DNA of 64,000 nt from an uncultured Bacteroidales bacterium (GCA_964520585.1 CAZFOO010000002.1:9672-73671), one strand, 5' to 3'. Positions 8,653 to 20,240 are shown, counted from the first letter of the stretch. Translations and numbers: made by a program. The notes: generated by a model not told the origin, from the letters alone.

Positions 8653-9579
8653 ATGGGAAAAGGTATTCTTCAAAATACTAGTCCGTTCACAAAGTTAATG
8701 TTTTCTGCATTTTTTATTCTGGCCAGTTTTCTTGTGGCTCTTTTCGGGGGACTACTGCTTGCCATGCCGATATTTGACATGGGCTTCATGGAGCTGGTTG
8801 AGAATATGTCAAATATTTCACATCCCGATTATGCAAACCTGCTTAAATATTTCCAGGTAGTTCAATCCATAGGCCTTTTCGTAATACCACCCTTTATCCT
8901 GGCGTGGTTTTTTGGTGGCGATACCTTAAGGTATCTTCAACTTAACAAGAGAATCAGCGGGAGGACCATTATGCTAACCACGATAATCATGATTTCGGCC
9001 ATACCGCTTATTAACCTTCTGGCGCACCTGAATACTCAGATCTCACTGCCTGATTTCATGTCTCCTATTGAAGATTGGATGAAACAAGCCGAGGAGTCTG
9101 CCAAACAGCTCACTGAAACTTTTCTTCGGGCAGATACTATAGCGGACCTTTTGTTTAATCTTTTTGTAATAGCAGTGATCCCTGCCATAGGTGAAGAATT
9201 ACTTTTCAGGGGGGTTGTTCAGCGGCTTTTCGCAGAATGGACAAGGAACAAGCATGCCGGGATATGGATATCAGCCATAATATTCAGCGCCATGCATCTG
9301 CAGTTTTTCGGTTTTATTCCACGCATGATGCTTGGTGTTATGTTCGGATATATGCTTATATGGAGCGGACGAATGTGGATACCAATTACAGCACATTTCG
9401 TTAACAATGCAGTGGCAGTGCTGGTATATTTTTTTATTCAGAAAAAACAGGTTAGTGAGGACATGGAAACCATTGGGGCAGAGCCGGGGGATTGGCTATA
9501 TGCGTTGCTTAGTCTGATTTTTTTTGTTTTCTTTCTTACATTCTTCTACAGGAGCTATAAAAATAGTATAACCAACTGA
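8653..9579 (+). CDS. CPBP family intramembrane glutamic endopeptidase (CAAX protease / Abi-like)
   Basis: Multi-TM protein carrying the GEELLFRG, FSAMHL and AHFVNN motifs characteristic of CPBP/Rce1-like proteases. Confidence 0.8.
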   Translation: MGKGILQNTSPFTKLMFSAFFILASFLVALFGGLLLAMPIFDMGFMELVENMSNISHPDYANLLKYFQVVQSIGLFVIPPFILAWFFGGDTLRYLQLNKRISGRTIMLTTIIMISAIPLINLLAHLNTQISLPDFMSPIEDWMKQAEESAKQLTETFLRADTIADLLFNLFVIAVIPAIGEELLFRGVVQRLFAEWTRNKHAGIWISAIIFSAMHLQFFGFIPRMMLGVMFGYMLIWSGRMWIPITAHFVNNAVAVLVYFFIQKKQVSEDMETIGAEPGDWLYALLSLIFFVFFLTFFYRSYKNSITN

Positions 9580-9701
9580 CTGCATTTGAGGCATATGAAT
9601 CCGATTATAGCTACTTCTGATCTCTAATTTAAGTTGATAAATCCAGCCAAGGCTTCTGAACTGTAATTGAAGTAAATAAATTCACTCATGGCGAATATCC
9701 T

Positions 9702-10412
9702 TTAATTATAAAGGTTAAGACTGTTTATTTCATTTTTTCTGTAAATATATACCAGCCCATATTCTTTTGCTTTTTCCCTTCTCAAATCATCAGGAAGATC
9801 TTTAAACGATTCTTCAACCTCGTTCCAGATTTGTAAAATTATATCATCAGCCTCAGATCTCATATCCGAAATCTTTTCCAGAGTTCTGGCAGTATTTTTT
9901 TTCAGGGTTTTCTGATGGTGATGCGCATCAAGAAAATTTTCATACCGTACCCTTACCAGGGCAATGGTTGGATTGGTAATGGGACTGCATCCATTCATGA
10001 TCCGTTCTGCTTCTCCCCTGATCAGCTTTTCGCCCCACTGGATCAACTCTACTTCGCTGTTTAAAGGAGGTGTTCGGTTATCATCAGCGGTCAGGCCATA
10101 ATGCTTCCTTGTGTCTGGACTCAAATCTCCCCTTAATATAGCCATATTGACAACCTGAATAAAATGGGATAAATAGATTCTGGCCTTTTTCATAGTAGCT
10201 GAATACTGTTTATTTTTCTTCGTCTGCTCCATATAGGTCTGTTTATATACGTGTATGGCATTCTGATAACTGTCAAGAAAACACTGCAGTCTTTGATTTG
10301 ATTTTTGTGAAAAGGCAAGTTTAAAAGGGGGTAATTCCTTACCCTTTGAAAGAGCAGTTTTCAAAGCTTTTAGCCGGGCTTTATCAGTATTGGGAAGGCG
10401 TCTGTAAGGCAT
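9702..10412 (-). CDS. Hypothetical protein (helical, no recognisable motif)
   Basis: The ORF-track frame is 9702..10517. The start is more plausibly the internal ATG at 10412 (MPYRRLPNTDKARLKALK...). No catalytic motif recognised. Confidence 0.5.
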   Translation of the reverse strand: MPYRRLPNTDKARLKALKTALSKGKELPPFKLAFSQKSNQRLQCFLDSYQNAIHVYKQTYMEQTKKNKQYSATMKKARIYLSHFIQVVNMAILRGDLSPDTRKHYGLTADDNRTPPLNSEVELIQWGEKLIRGEAERIMNGCSPITNPTIALVRVRYENFLDAHHHQKTLKKNTARTLEKISDMRSEADDIILQIWNEVEESFKDLPDDLRREKAKEYGLVYIYRKNEINSLNLYN

Positions 10413-10786
10413 ATAGCATAAAATTTTGTTAATATGGCTCCTGGCAATTGGTTCTTGAATGCGAAAATATAATTTATCCGGAAACACGGACAACCATCTG
10501 CATAAAATTCCATACAATCATTGTCTGTAAATTACTATTTTACGGTATCTCTCTTTCATATGTTACATAATTAAAATTATATTAAGCTGCTAATGAGTTA
10601 AAAGCAATAATATGTTTCTTCAGGCTCACTTTCCGGTTATTTGATAAAACAGAAATTTGGTGTTAATTTAGCACATATAATAGAACGGAATTTATTGAAC
10701 CTTTGCATATAATCCGCTGATTCGCTGATCAGGATCAGGGTTTTAATTGGACTGTTTATATCATAATTAAATAATAGGATATTATT

Positions 10787-12184
10787 ATGTTTAAATCATC
10801 AACATATCAGACACGCAGAGACGGGCTAGTAAAAAATATGGATTCGGGACTAATACTTATGCCCGGCAATGAAGACGTCCCCATGAATTATAGATCAAAT
10901 ACCTATCATTTCAGGCAGGATAGTTCATTTTTGTACTTTTTTGGCCCTGACCGGCAGGGACTTACTGGATTAATTGATGTAGATGAGGATAAGAGTATAT
11001 TGTTTGGCGATGATGATGATCTGGATAACATCATCTGGATGGGAAAACGGACTTCTATCCATTCTCTCGGTGAACAGGCAGGTGTGGATGAATGTCTTCC
11101 CCTGATTGAACTGGAAAAAGTGTTGAAAGACGCATTGAATAAAGGCAGGCCAATACATTACCTCCCCCCGTACAGAAAAGAAAAATTGCTGAAAATCGCA
11201 AAATGGCTTGGAACAGATCATTCCGTGGTAATAGAGCGGGCTTCTGATGAACTTATCAGAAATGTGGTTCACCTAAGATCTGTCAAGTCGCCCGAAGAAG
11301 TGGCAGAAATTGAAAAGGCGGTGGATATCGCCCACGAAATGCATACTGTTGCAATGAAAATGGCCATGCCCGGCACATACGAAAGAGAAATTGCGGGTAG
11401 AATTGAGGGGATTTCACTTTCCCATGGTAATCCTGTTTCTTATCCGGTCATATTAACCATAAACGGGCAAATTCTCCATAATCATTATCATGGAAACATG
11501 CTCAGCAAAGGAAACATAATGGTTACTGATGCAGGAAGTGAAACAGATATGCGCTATGCAAGTGATATTACCAGATCAGTACCAGTTGGCGGAAAATTCC
11601 TTCCTGAGCAAAAAGATATATATAATATTGTATTAAAATCCCTGCAGGAATCTGTTAAATCAATAAAGCCTGGAGTTCCGTTCAAAGACATTCATTTGAA
11701 AGCGGCAACAATAATTGCCGGCGGATTGAAAGATCTGGGTCTTATGAAGGGAGATATACGGGAGGCAGTAGATAATGGTGCTCACGCACTTTTCTTTCCT
11801 CACGGATTGGGACATATGCTTGGTCTTGACGTCCACGATATGGAGGACCTGGGTGAAGACAACGTCGGATATGATGAGGAGATAATCCGTTCCGGGCAGT
11901 TTGGCCTTGCATTCCTGCGGCTAGGAAGACGCCTGCAGAAAAATTTTGTAGTTACTGTAGAACCGGGTATTTATTTTATCCCCGCTCTCATAGATAAATG
12001 GAAATCAGATAACATGTTCAGGGAATTTATAAATTATGATAAGCTGGAAGCCTACAGGGATTTTGGAGGAATAAGGATTGAAGATGATGTGCTGGTTACC
12101 TCAAATGGCAGCAGGGTTTTGGGCACTCCGATAGCGCAGACCATAACTGAGATCGAGGAAATAATGAAAAAAGGACGCTCATAG
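10787..12184 (+). CDS. pepP: Xaa-Pro aminopeptidase (M24B, aminopeptidase P family)
   Basis: 465 aa with pita-bread-fold metal-ligand context (DAGSE..., HGLGHMLGLDVHD, VEPGIY, RIEDDVLV). Confidence 0.8.
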   Translation: MFKSSTYQTRRDGLVKNMDSGLILMPGNEDVPMNYRSNTYHFRQDSSFLYFFGPDRQGLTGLIDVDEDKSILFGDDDDLDNIIWMGKRTSIHSLGEQAGVDECLPLIELEKVLKDALNKGRPIHYLPPYRKEKLLKIAKWLGTDHSVVIERASDELIRNVVHLRSVKSPEEVAEIEKAVDIAHEMHTVAMKMAMPGTYEREIAGRIEGISLSHGNPVSYPVILTINGQILHNHYHGNMLSKGNIMVTDAGSETDMRYASDITRSVPVGGKFLPEQKDIYNIVLKSLQESVKSIKPGVPFKDIHLKAATIIAGGLKDLGLMKGDIREAVDNGAHALFFPHGLGHMLGLDVHDMEDLGEDNVGYDEEIIRSGQFGLAFLRLGRRLQKNFVVTVEPGIYFIPALIDKWKSDNMFREFINYDKLEAYRDFGGIRIEDDVLVTSNGSRVLGTPIAQTITEIEEIMKKGRS

Positions 12185-12394
12185 ACGATGTTAGGATGTA
12201 AAGATCTGATACATCCTGACAACTTAAAAAACAGGCTGATAAACAATCATCATTTATTGATCATTGATACTTCCCTGATAGTTTGAAAAATTCCCGATCA
12301 GCTTTTCGTGAAGGTATTAAAAGGCTTACTCATGGTGACAACAATATTAACACTGTATAACAGGATTAACATTGTACAGCCGGGGAGCGGGATC

Positions 12395-13147
12395 CTATGT
12401 TTTAAACCCGGCTTTCAGAAATTCACGGTTGAGCCTTGCTATATGCGCAAGTGATATGCCCTTGGGGCATTCGGCTTCACAGGCACCGGTATTGGTACAG
12501 CTTCCAAATCCCAGTTCGTCCATCTTCGCTATCATAGAAAGTGCACGCTTGCCGGTTTCTGCTTTTCCCTGGGGAAGAAGAGCAAGCTGCGAAACTTTTG
12601 CAGCAACAAAAAGCATGGCCGAAGAATTTTTACATGCAGCAACACATGCCCCGCAACCTATGCATATGGCTGCATCAAATGCTTCATCGGCATCTTCTTT
12701 GGGAACGGGAATGGAATTAGCCTCAGGTGCAGCACCTGAGTTGACCGAAATGAACCCTCCGGCCTGCATTATCTTATCAAAAGCCTGACGGTCCACGATC
12801 AGATCTTTAAGTACCGGAAAAGACTTTGCCCTCCATGGCTCAACGATTATGGTATCGCCGTCATTAAATCTTGTCATCCGGAGCTCACAGGTGGTTACAA
12901 GATCATCCGGGCCGTGGGGCCTTCCGTTAATATAAAGAGAGCAGGAACCGCAAATACCTTCACGGCAATCATGTTCAAAGGCCACAGGATCATCGCCGCT
13001 TTCAATTAATGTCTTGTTAAGAAAGTCAAGCATTTCAAGAAATGACATCTCTCCAGAGACGCCGGTTAGAAAATAATCCACAAAATTACCCTGGCTACCG
13101 GCGTCCTTTTGTCTCCATATTTTGAGTTTAATATCCATATTGATCAA
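12395..13147 (-). CDS. sdhB: Succinate dehydrogenase / fumarate reductase iron-sulfur subunit
   Basis: Three Cys clusters: CREGICGSC (2Fe-2S), [11 protein letters not shown] (4Fe-4S) and [12 protein letters not shown] (3Fe-4S). Confidence 0.9.
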   Translation of the reverse strand: MINMDIKLKIWRQKDAGSQGNFVDYFLTGVSGEMSFLEMLDFLNKTLIESGDDPVAFEHDCREGICGSCSLYINGRPHGPDDLVTTCELRMTRFNDGDTIIVEPWRAKSFPVLKDLIVDRQAFDKIMQAGGFISVNSGAAPEANSIPVPKEDADEAFDAAICIGCGACVAACKNSSAMLFVAAKVSQLALLPQGKAETGKRALSMIAKMDELGFGSCTNTGACEAECPKGISLAHIARLNREFLKAGFKT

Positions 13148-13559
13148 ATTATTTATTACCCCTTTCCAGTTTTATATTAATGTATTTAAAATTTAAGTCT
13201 CTTCCTGTTATTATATTATCTCTATCCTTAATCTCCAACCTCTTCCCGCAATTGCATTGTCTATATCTTAAAACCTTAACTTTCCCCTGCTACTGAATTA
13301 CCTATATCTTTATATCCCAGTCTTTTCATGTTATGTAAAACTATTAGTTCCCTGCTCCGTTAATTTAGTATGCATAGTGTCTGAAAGATTTCAATCAATT
13401 TAATTATTAAGCTGAATATTCTGTTAGCCTCATTAATTCATAAATATTCGCATCATTATGAAATTAAGCAACCTGTTATCTTAGTGGTGAAAAATAATTT
13501 GTTTCAAAGGTTAAATGGCTCAAGTATATTTCTAAGTTTATGAATTAATCAAGTCAGGA

Positions 13560-15479
13560 CTATTTATAGCTTCTCTCCTGCATTTCAACATTCTCAAATA
13601 TCAGCTCTTCTTTATGAAGTTTGTGATCCTTTCCACTTTCCGTATATTCCCAGGCGGCAACATAAGAATATTCACTGTCTATCCTTTGTGCCTCGCCATC
13701 GGGCGTCTGACTTTCTTCCCTGAAGTGGGCACCACATGATTCCTCTCTGGTAAGAGCATCCTGGCACATCAAATGACCTAAATCAAAGTAATCGGCCACC
13801 TTAACAGCTTTTTCCAGTTCCTGGTTCAGTTCATCAGAGCGGCCGGGGATTCTGACATCTTTCCAGAATTCCTGTTTAAGCTCTTCAATCATATCAATAG
13901 CTTTCTTCAATCCCGTTTCATTCCTCACCATTCCGCAATGATCCCACATGATCTTCCCCAGACGGCGGTGAAACGAACTGACAGACTGGGTACCATTAAC
14001 TGCCATCAGACTGCGTATTTTCTCGACGGAATCTTTTTCTGCCTGTTCAAATTCCGCAATATCTGTAGATATTCGTGGGGTTTTTATCTCATCGGCAAGA
14101 TAATTTCCAATGGTAACAGGTAATATAAAATACCCATCCCCCGCACATTGCATAAGCGAACCCGCTCCCAGCCTGTTAGCGCCGTGGTCAGAAAAATTGG
14201 ATTCGCCAATGGAGAAAAGACCGGTTACCGTGGTCATTAAATTATAATCAACCCATAACCCACCCATGGTATAATGTCCGGCAGGATAGATCCGCATGGG
14301 CTCTTTTAATGGATTAATCCCCGTGATCTTTTCATACATTTCGAAAAGGTTGCCGTATTTGGTTTCTATAGCTTTTTCTCCATGCTTCTCTATCGCACGG
14401 CCAAAGTCAAGATAAACGGATAATCCGTTATCACCCGCACCAAACCCGGCATCACAGCGTTCTTTTGCAGCCCGAGAAGCAACATCCCGGGGAACAAGAT
14501 TACCGAATGCCGGATAACGCCGTTCAAGGTAATAATCCCGTTCATCCTCCTTTATCTCATTAGGATGCCTTTTATCTCCCTTAATCTTCGATACCCATAT
14601 CCGCCCATCATTGCGCAGTGATTCCGACATGAGGGTCAACTTCGCCTGGTAATCATTAAGCTGGGGAATGCTGGTGGGATGAATCTGCACGAAGCTGGGA
14701 TTGGAAAACAATGCTCCTTTTTTATGGGCAGCCCAGGCAGCAGTTGCATTGGAGCCTACTGCCAGGGTGGAAAGATAATATATGGTTCCGTATCCGCCAC
14801 TGGCAAGCACCACCGCATGTGCTGAATGGCGTTCAATATCTCCTGTCAGAAGATTCCTTGTCACTATACCCCTGGCTTTCCCGTCAACAATCACCAGGTC
14901 AAGCATATCACGCCTGCTGTACATAGTCACCTTTCCTTTGGCGATTTGCCTGGTTAACCCACTGTAGGCACCAAGCAGACATTGTTGCCCGGTTTGACCC
15001 TTGGCATAAAAGGTTCGTGAAACCTGTACTCCTCCAAAAGACCGGTTGTCAAGATATCCGCTGTATTCTCTTGCAAAGGGGACTCCGGCGGCAACCAGCT
15101 GGTCGATGGACTGATTGCTGACTTCGGCAGCCCGGTATACGTTTGCTTCCCGGGCACGGTAATCTCCCCCCTTAATTATGTCTTTAAATAACCGGAAAAC
15201 GCTGTCGCCGTCATTTTTATAATTCTTGGCTGCGTTCATCCCTCCCTGGGCAGCTACAGAGTGGGCCCGTCGTGGTGAATCCTGAAAACAAAAAGCTTTT
15301 ACGTTATATCCCAGTTCTGCCAGTGTAGACGCAGCAGATGCCCCGGAAAGTCCGGTACCAACAACTATTATATCCAGTTTGGTCTTATTGGCGGGATTGA
15401 CCAGTTTTACACTGTTCTTATGATTGCTCCACTTATCTGCCAGAGGACCATCTGGTATCTTTGCCTGTAATTTACTCAT
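13560..15479 (-). CDS. sdhA: Succinate dehydrogenase / fumarate reductase flavoprotein subunit
   Basis: 639 aa with the N-terminal FAD fold [12 protein letters not shown] and the HYTMGG motif. Lies between the cytochrome b and Fe-S subunit genes. Confidence 0.9.
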   Translation of the reverse strand: MSKLQAKIPDGPLADKWSNHKNSVKLVNPANKTKLDIIVVGTGLSGASAASTLAELGYNVKAFCFQDSPRRAHSVAAQGGMNAAKNYKNDGDSVFRLFKDIIKGGDYRAREANVYRAAEVSNQSIDQLVAAGVPFAREYSGYLDNRSFGGVQVSRTFYAKGQTGQQCLLGAYSGLTRQIAKGKVTMYSRRDMLDLVIVDGKARGIVTRNLLTGDIERHSAHAVVLASGGYGTIYYLSTLAVGSNATAAWAAHKKGALFSNPSFVQIHPTSIPQLNDYQAKLTLMSESLRNDGRIWVSKIKGDKRHPNEIKEDERDYYLERRYPAFGNLVPRDVASRAAKERCDAGFGAGDNGLSVYLDFGRAIEKHGEKAIETKYGNLFEMYEKITGINPLKEPMRIYPAGHYTMGGLWVDYNLMTTVTGLFSIGESNFSDHGANRLGAGSLMQCAGDGYFILPVTIGNYLADEIKTPRISTDIAEFEQAEKDSVEKIRSLMAVNGTQSVSSFHRRLGKIMWDHCGMVRNETGLKKAIDMIEELKQEFWKDVRIPGRSDELNQELEKAVKVADYFDLGHLMCQDALTREESCGAHFREESQTPDGEAQRIDSEYSYVAAWEYTESGKDHKLHKEELIFENVEMQERSYK

Positions 15480-15524
15480 ATTATTTCTGATTGATTAAAT
15501 GATTACACTGCAGTTGATTGCGGT

Positions 15525-16205
15525 TCAGATCATGCCCCTGAAATAGTTCACAAGGAAATAAACCGGAATTATAGAAAAACCCGCAGCTATAATAACAGAA
15601 TATATCATACCTATAATATTCAGCCGCCGGCTCCATATCCGGTTACTCAGGCCAAGGGTCTGAAAAGCCGATTGAAAGCCGTGTAAAAGATGAAAGCCGA
15701 GGGTGACTGCACCGGCAACATATATTAATACATACCACCAGATAGTAAATTTGCTTGCCACAAGCGAATATGCATCCTGAACCATTACCCCTCCATATTC
15801 AATATACTCCATTTCTCCAAACTGCATTTGGATCCAGAAATTGGAAAGATGTAATACAAGGAAAATTAAAATAAGACTACCCAGTACAAACATATTACGG
15901 GAAGGCCAGCTGCTTGTTTTACTCTGATCAACCTTTGCAAATTTCGTTGGACGGGTATCCTGATTGGTAAATGTAAGATAGGCTGAATAAATGATATGTA
16001 ATAGAAAACCTACGGCAAGCATCGGCTCCATGAAGCTAATTACATAGTCGGTGGCCATGAAGTGTGCAACAAGGTTATAGGAATCCTTACCGGAGAGTAA
16101 AAACAAGTTCACCGTAAGATGGACAGCCAGAAATGAGATCAGAAATAATCCCGAAATGCTGACCAGGAATTTTTTGCCAATTGAAGCTTTTAAGAAACTG
16201 CTCAT
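15525..16205 (-). CDS. sdhC: Succinate dehydrogenase / fumarate reductase cytochrome b membrane subunit (Bacteroidetes type)
   Basis: 226-aa protein with five hydrophobic helices and conserved His residues, immediately upstream of sdhA. Confidence 0.75.
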   Translation of the reverse strand: MSSFLKASIGKKFLVSISGLFLISFLAVHLTVNLFLLSGKDSYNLVAHFMATDYVISFMEPMLAVGFLLHIIYSAYLTFTNQDTRPTKFAKVDQSKTSSWPSRNMFVLGSLILIFLVLHLSNFWIQMQFGEMEYIEYGGVMVQDAYSLVASKFTIWWYVLIYVAGAVTLGFHLLHGFQSAFQTLGLSNRIWSRRLNIIGMIYSVIIAAGFSIIPVYFLVNYFRGMI

Positions 16206-16620
16206 AAAATTGTGATTAATACTGTTAATGAAATCCTAATGAGACAAAGTTCATAATGAATAATGAAAATCTGTTATGTAAAATAATTATGAACACTAAA
16301 GGTTATATTACAACAATAATTGATCTAAGATTAACAAATCATGGTTGTTCCATATGTCAGGTAAACTAAATTGATCCAGCTGCAAGATACAAAAAATCAA
16401 TTATCTGTATTTTAAAAAAACTACCCCAATGATGACGATTACAAAACATGATTCAGAATTCTTGTAAATAATATAGACATATCAATAATTCCTTATATGC
16501 AAATATATTGGCTTCAATGAATATTTTCAATGATATTATGCCGGATTAAGATAATTTATATCTATTCCATTTTGTATCTTTTATTAAATTTGCATTATAT
16601 GTAAAATCAATAGTATACTA

Positions 16621-17418
16621 ATGATTAAGAAAATACCCTTTGACAACACTGAGATAAGGTTTTCCGATACCGGCCAGGGCATCGCTCTGGTACTTCTTCA
16701 CGGATACCTGGAATCATTGGAAATATGGGATAACTTCGTGAAAAAACTTCCAGATGATATAAGGATCATATGTCCCGATCTGCCGGGGCACGGGAAATCC
16801 GGAATATTAGGGGAAGTTCATACCATGGAAATGCTGGCGGAAAGCGTCATTGCCGTTCTTGATCATTGCCAGATTGATAAATGTTTCATTGCCGGACATT
16901 CCATGGGGGGATATAGCGGACTGGCATTGCTTGACAATTATCCTGAAAGACTACGTGGAATTTGCCTGTTTCACTCACATCCCTTTCCCGACACAAAACG
17001 AACCATGAATAACCGTTGCCGTGAAATGGTACTGGTTAACCAGGGTAAAAAGGAACTGATTTCAATGATTAACATTCCCAGAGCTTTCTCAAAGGAAAAC
17101 CTGGGTGATCTTAAACATGAAATAATACGTGCCACAAAAATTGCAATATCTAACCCGGATGAAGGTATTAATGCATGCCTGCTGGGTATGATGGAACGGC
17201 CTTCCAGGGAAGAAGTGCTAAGAGAAACGGATATCCCCGTACTGGTAATAGCAGGTAAACATGATAACTACATCCCTTTTGATGAGGTTGCAAAAAAAAT
17301 ACCACTTCCCGGAAAGTCGAAGTTTGTTACACTTGAAAATTCTGGGCACATAGGTTTTATTGAAGAACCTGAAGAATCTGCAAAAGCAATTTACAGCTTT
17401 ATCAAATCCACAATATAA
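16621..17418 (+). CDS. Alpha/beta-fold hydrolase
   Basis: 265 aa with the HGY oxyanion region and the GHSMGG nucleophile elbow. Confidence 0.7.
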   Translation: MIKKIPFDNTEIRFSDTGQGIALVLLHGYLESLEIWDNFVKKLPDDIRIICPDLPGHGKSGILGEVHTMEMLAESVIAVLDHCQIDKCFIAGHSMGGYSGLALLDNYPERLRGICLFHSHPFPDTKRTMNNRCREMVLVNQGKKELISMINIPRAFSKENLGDLKHEIIRATKIAISNPDEGINACLLGMMERPSREEVLRETDIPVLVIAGKHDNYIPFDEVAKKIPLPGKSKFVTLENSGHIGFIEEPEESAKAIYSFIKSTI

Positions 17419-17531
17419 ATTTCTCCTCTGATCCAACTAAGATCAAATAGCAATGATTTGCCGGAGACTTTGACCAAAAACGCGCATTGTCATAATATCC
17501 CGGGAAGCGACTAATTACCAGAAAATTATAT

Positions 17532-18911
17532 TCAAATCATCTTCCCCGGATCAACCCATGCACTGAATTGTTCATTTGTAACCAATCCCAGTCCAATTGC
17601 AGCCTCACGAAGAGTGATCTTTTCTGAATGCGCTTTTTTAGCAATCTTTGCTGAATTCTCGTAGCCTATGTGAGTATTGAGAGCCGTAACCAGCATAAGC
17701 GAATTTTCCAGGTTTCTTTCTATTACAGCATAATCCGGCTCAATTCCTACGGCACAGTTATCATTAAAAGAAATGCAGGCATCACCCAGTAATTGTGCAG
17801 AATTTAAAAGATTATCAATCATCACCGGTTTAAAAGTATTAAGCTGAAAATGTCCCTGCATGCCACCGGTAGTTATTGCCAGGTCATTCCCGATCACCTG
17901 CGTACATACCATACTGAGTGCCTCAATTTGTGTCGGATTGACCTTACCAGGCATAATTGATGATCCGGGCTCGTTGGCTGGCAGGATTAGCTCCCCAATG
18001 CCGGAACGCGGACCGGATGCCAGTGCCCTAAGGTCATTTACTATCTTCATCAGACTTACCGACAAGACCTTAAGTGATCCAGAGACTTTTACAACCGCAT
18101 CATTTGCCGATAAGGACTCAAATTTATTTAGTGCGCTTACAAAGGGATAGCCGGTAAGTTCGGCAATTTTAACGGCAACCAGATCAGCATATCCTTTGGG
18201 GGAATTTATCCCCGTGCCAACCGCTGTGCCGCCAAGTGCAAGCTCGCAGAGATGAGGCAAGGAGGTTCTGAGATTCTTTAACCCGTGATCTATCTGGGAA
18301 ACATACCCGGAGAATTCCTGTCCAAGTGTCAGGGGAGTTGCATCCATCCAATGAGTACGACCGATCTTTACAATATCGTTAAAGTCAGCGGACTTCGTAA
18401 CAAAAGTATTTCTTAACTTTTCAATTCCGGGTATGGTTACCTCTGCAATCATTTTATAGGCAGCAATATTCATCGCGGTGGGAAAAGTGTCGTTCGATGA
18501 CTGGGACTTATTTACATCGTCATTGGGATGAATGAAAGGTGTCCCTTCTCCGAGCTTGTTGCCTGCCAGTACATGAGCCCGGTTTGATATCACCTCATTG
18601 ACATTCATGTTCGTCTGTGTTCCCGAACCTGTTTGCCACACAACAAGCGGAAATTGATCATCAAGCTTGCCTTCGGTAATCTCATCGCAGACTTTTGAGA
18701 TAATCGCGGCCTTTTCATCGGAAAGCGCACCCAACTCATAATTGGTAAGAGCCGCTGCTTTTTTAAGAATAGCGAAGGCCCTGATTATTTCAACAGGCAT
18801 CTTCCTGTTGCCAATCTTAAAATTATTCAGTGACCTCTGGGTCTGTGGACCCCAGTACTTATCTTCCGGCACCTCAACGGGCCCCATAGTGTCGTGTTCG
18901 ATTCTATACAT
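17532..18911 (-). CDS. fumC: Class II fumarate hydratase
   Basis: [13 protein letters not shown] signature. The homologous N-terminus [15 protein letters not shown] begins at the ATG at 18911, so the 67 extra codons in the ORF track (to 19112) are probably not translated. Confidence 0.9.
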   Translation of the reverse strand: MYRIEHDTMGPVEVPEDKYWGPQTQRSLNNFKIGNRKMPVEIIRAFAILKKAAALTNYELGALSDEKAAIISKVCDEITEGKLDDQFPLVVWQTGSGTQTNMNVNEVISNRAHVLAGNKLGEGTPFIHPNDDVNKSQSSNDTFPTAMNIAAYKMIAEVTIPGIEKLRNTFVTKSADFNDIVKIGRTHWMDATPLTLGQEFSGYVSQIDHGLKNLRTSLPHLCELALGGTAVGTGINSPKGYADLVAVKIAELTGYPFVSALNKFESLSANDAVVKVSGSLKVLSVSLMKIVNDLRALASGPRSGIGELILPANEPGSSIMPGKVNPTQIEALSMVCTQVIGNDLAITTGGMQGHFQLNTFKPVMIDNLLNSAQLLGDACISFNDNCAVGIEPDYAVIERNLENSLMLVTALNTHIGYENSAKIAKKAHSEKITLREAAIGLGLVTNEQFSAWVDPGKMI

Positions 18912-19150
18912 AAAACTCAAATTTTTATTACCGTAATAACAATAAATATTATGTTTTGGTTTTATTCTCTGTGTTAAATCCGGATGAAACATACAAAAAA
19001 AATCTCTAAAATCGGACCATCCGGTACCAGCCGGGATCACTTCAACCCAATAATTTATTCGCACCGCGAATGCCTGAATACACAATTGCCTTTGAAACAC
19101 TGTAACCGACACATGACTTTGCGCTAAAAGGAGAAAAATGTGCCCACCTG

Positions 19151-20240
19151 CTACTGAGATCCGAACTCCATCAGATAAGATTTTATAAAGCCTCCCAGTT
19201 CTCCGTCAAGCACATCCTGGACGTTAGAAGTCTCATGATTTGTCCTCACATCCTTAACAAGCTTATAGGGATGAAGAACATAATTCCTTATCTGCGATCC
19301 CCATTCAATCTTCTTTTTGCCACTTTCTATCTCAGCCTGGGCCTGGCGGCGTTTTTCAAGCTCCATTTCATAAAGCTGTGACTTCAAAATCTTCATGGCA
19401 TTCTCCTTGTTCTTCAACTGCGAACGGTCCTCCTGGTTCTCAATCACAAGACCGGTAGGATGATGTCTCAACCTGACAGCTGTTTCTACCTTGTTCACAT
19501 TTTGTCCGCCTGCTCCACTGGCGCGGTAAGTTTCCCAGGTTATATCACCTGGATTGACCACGATCTCAATATTTTCATCAACCACCGGCGAAACAAAAAC
19601 TGATGCGAAACTGGTATGACGCTTATGATTCGCATCAAATGGAGAAAGCCTCACCAGACGGTGTACCCCCGATTCGCTTTTAAGATACCCATAGGCATAA
19701 TCTCCTGTGAATTCAAGGGTTACAGTCTTTATCCCGGCTTCTTCCCCTTCCTGGTAATCCAGTTGCCTGACAGTGTAACCGTTTTTTTCTCCCCACCTGA
19801 GGTACATTCTCATAAGCATTCCGGCCCAGTCGAGACTTTCTGTTCCCCCTGCACCGGCATTTATCTTTAATATAGCCCCGAGAGGATCCTCTTCACTGCT
19901 CAGCATATTCCGGAATTCCATGTCCTCTATAAAAGAAAGAGCCTTTTTGTATTGCAAATCCACTTCCTCTTCGGTAGCTTCTTCCTGCTGATAAAACTCA
20001 TAAATAACTTCCAGCTCATCCAGTGCTTCACGAACACGGTTATAACCGCTGGTCCAGTTCTTCAAAAGCGAAATTTCCCTTAACTGCCTTTCAGCTTCTT
20101 TGGAATCATCCCAGAACCCGGGGTCCTGGGTTTTTTCTTCTTTTTCTTCAATCTCTATAAGCTTCCTGTCGATGTCAAAGATGCCTCCTCAGCGCTTCAC
20201 TGCGCCTTACAAGATCTTTTAAGTTTTCTGAAGTAATCAT
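19151..20240 (-). CDS. prfB: Peptide chain release factor 2, made by a programmed +1 frameshift: join(20240..20178, 20176..19151) on the minus strand
   Basis: SPF and GGQ motifs are present. A 21-codon upstream ORF ([21 protein letters not shown]) ends at an in-frame TGA within AGGAGG-CAT-CTT-TGA-C. The +1 frame continues as [13 protein letters not shown]... into the long ORF. Confidence 0.9.
20174..20189 (-). promoter_or_regulatory. RF2 autoregulatory +1 frameshift site (SD-like AGGAGG, slippery CTT, TGA C)
   Basis: The minus strand reads aggaggcatctttgac. The E. coli paradigm is AGGGGGUAUCUUUGAC. Confidence 0.85.

Noticed and set aside
10664-10684. Shared gttaaYttagcacatat string at 10664 and 53546
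   Set aside because: A 16/17 match is within chance expectation for all-against-all comparison of 64 kb of AT-rich DNA, and there is no flanking similarity.
12193-12217. 7-bp hairpin AGGATGT / ACATCCT after pepP as a terminator. Similar case: CGGGGC / GCCCCG at 43953-43967 after the kinase gene
   Set aside because: Neither is followed by a T-run on either strand, so they are possible but not supportable as intrinsic terminators.
12372-12788. 138-aa plus-strand ORF
   Set aside because: It lies entirely antisense to sdhB, whose three Fe-S Cys clusters make the minus-strand frame certain. The translated sequence is Ala/Ser/Pro-rich, which is typical of an antisense shadow ORF.
18912-19112. N-terminal extensions of fumC (to 19112), fucI (47378-47422) and the hypothetical protein (10413-10517)
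   Set aside because: Homology-type N-termini begin at internal ATGs. The extensions are hydrophobic or aromatic nonsense typical of open upstream frames.
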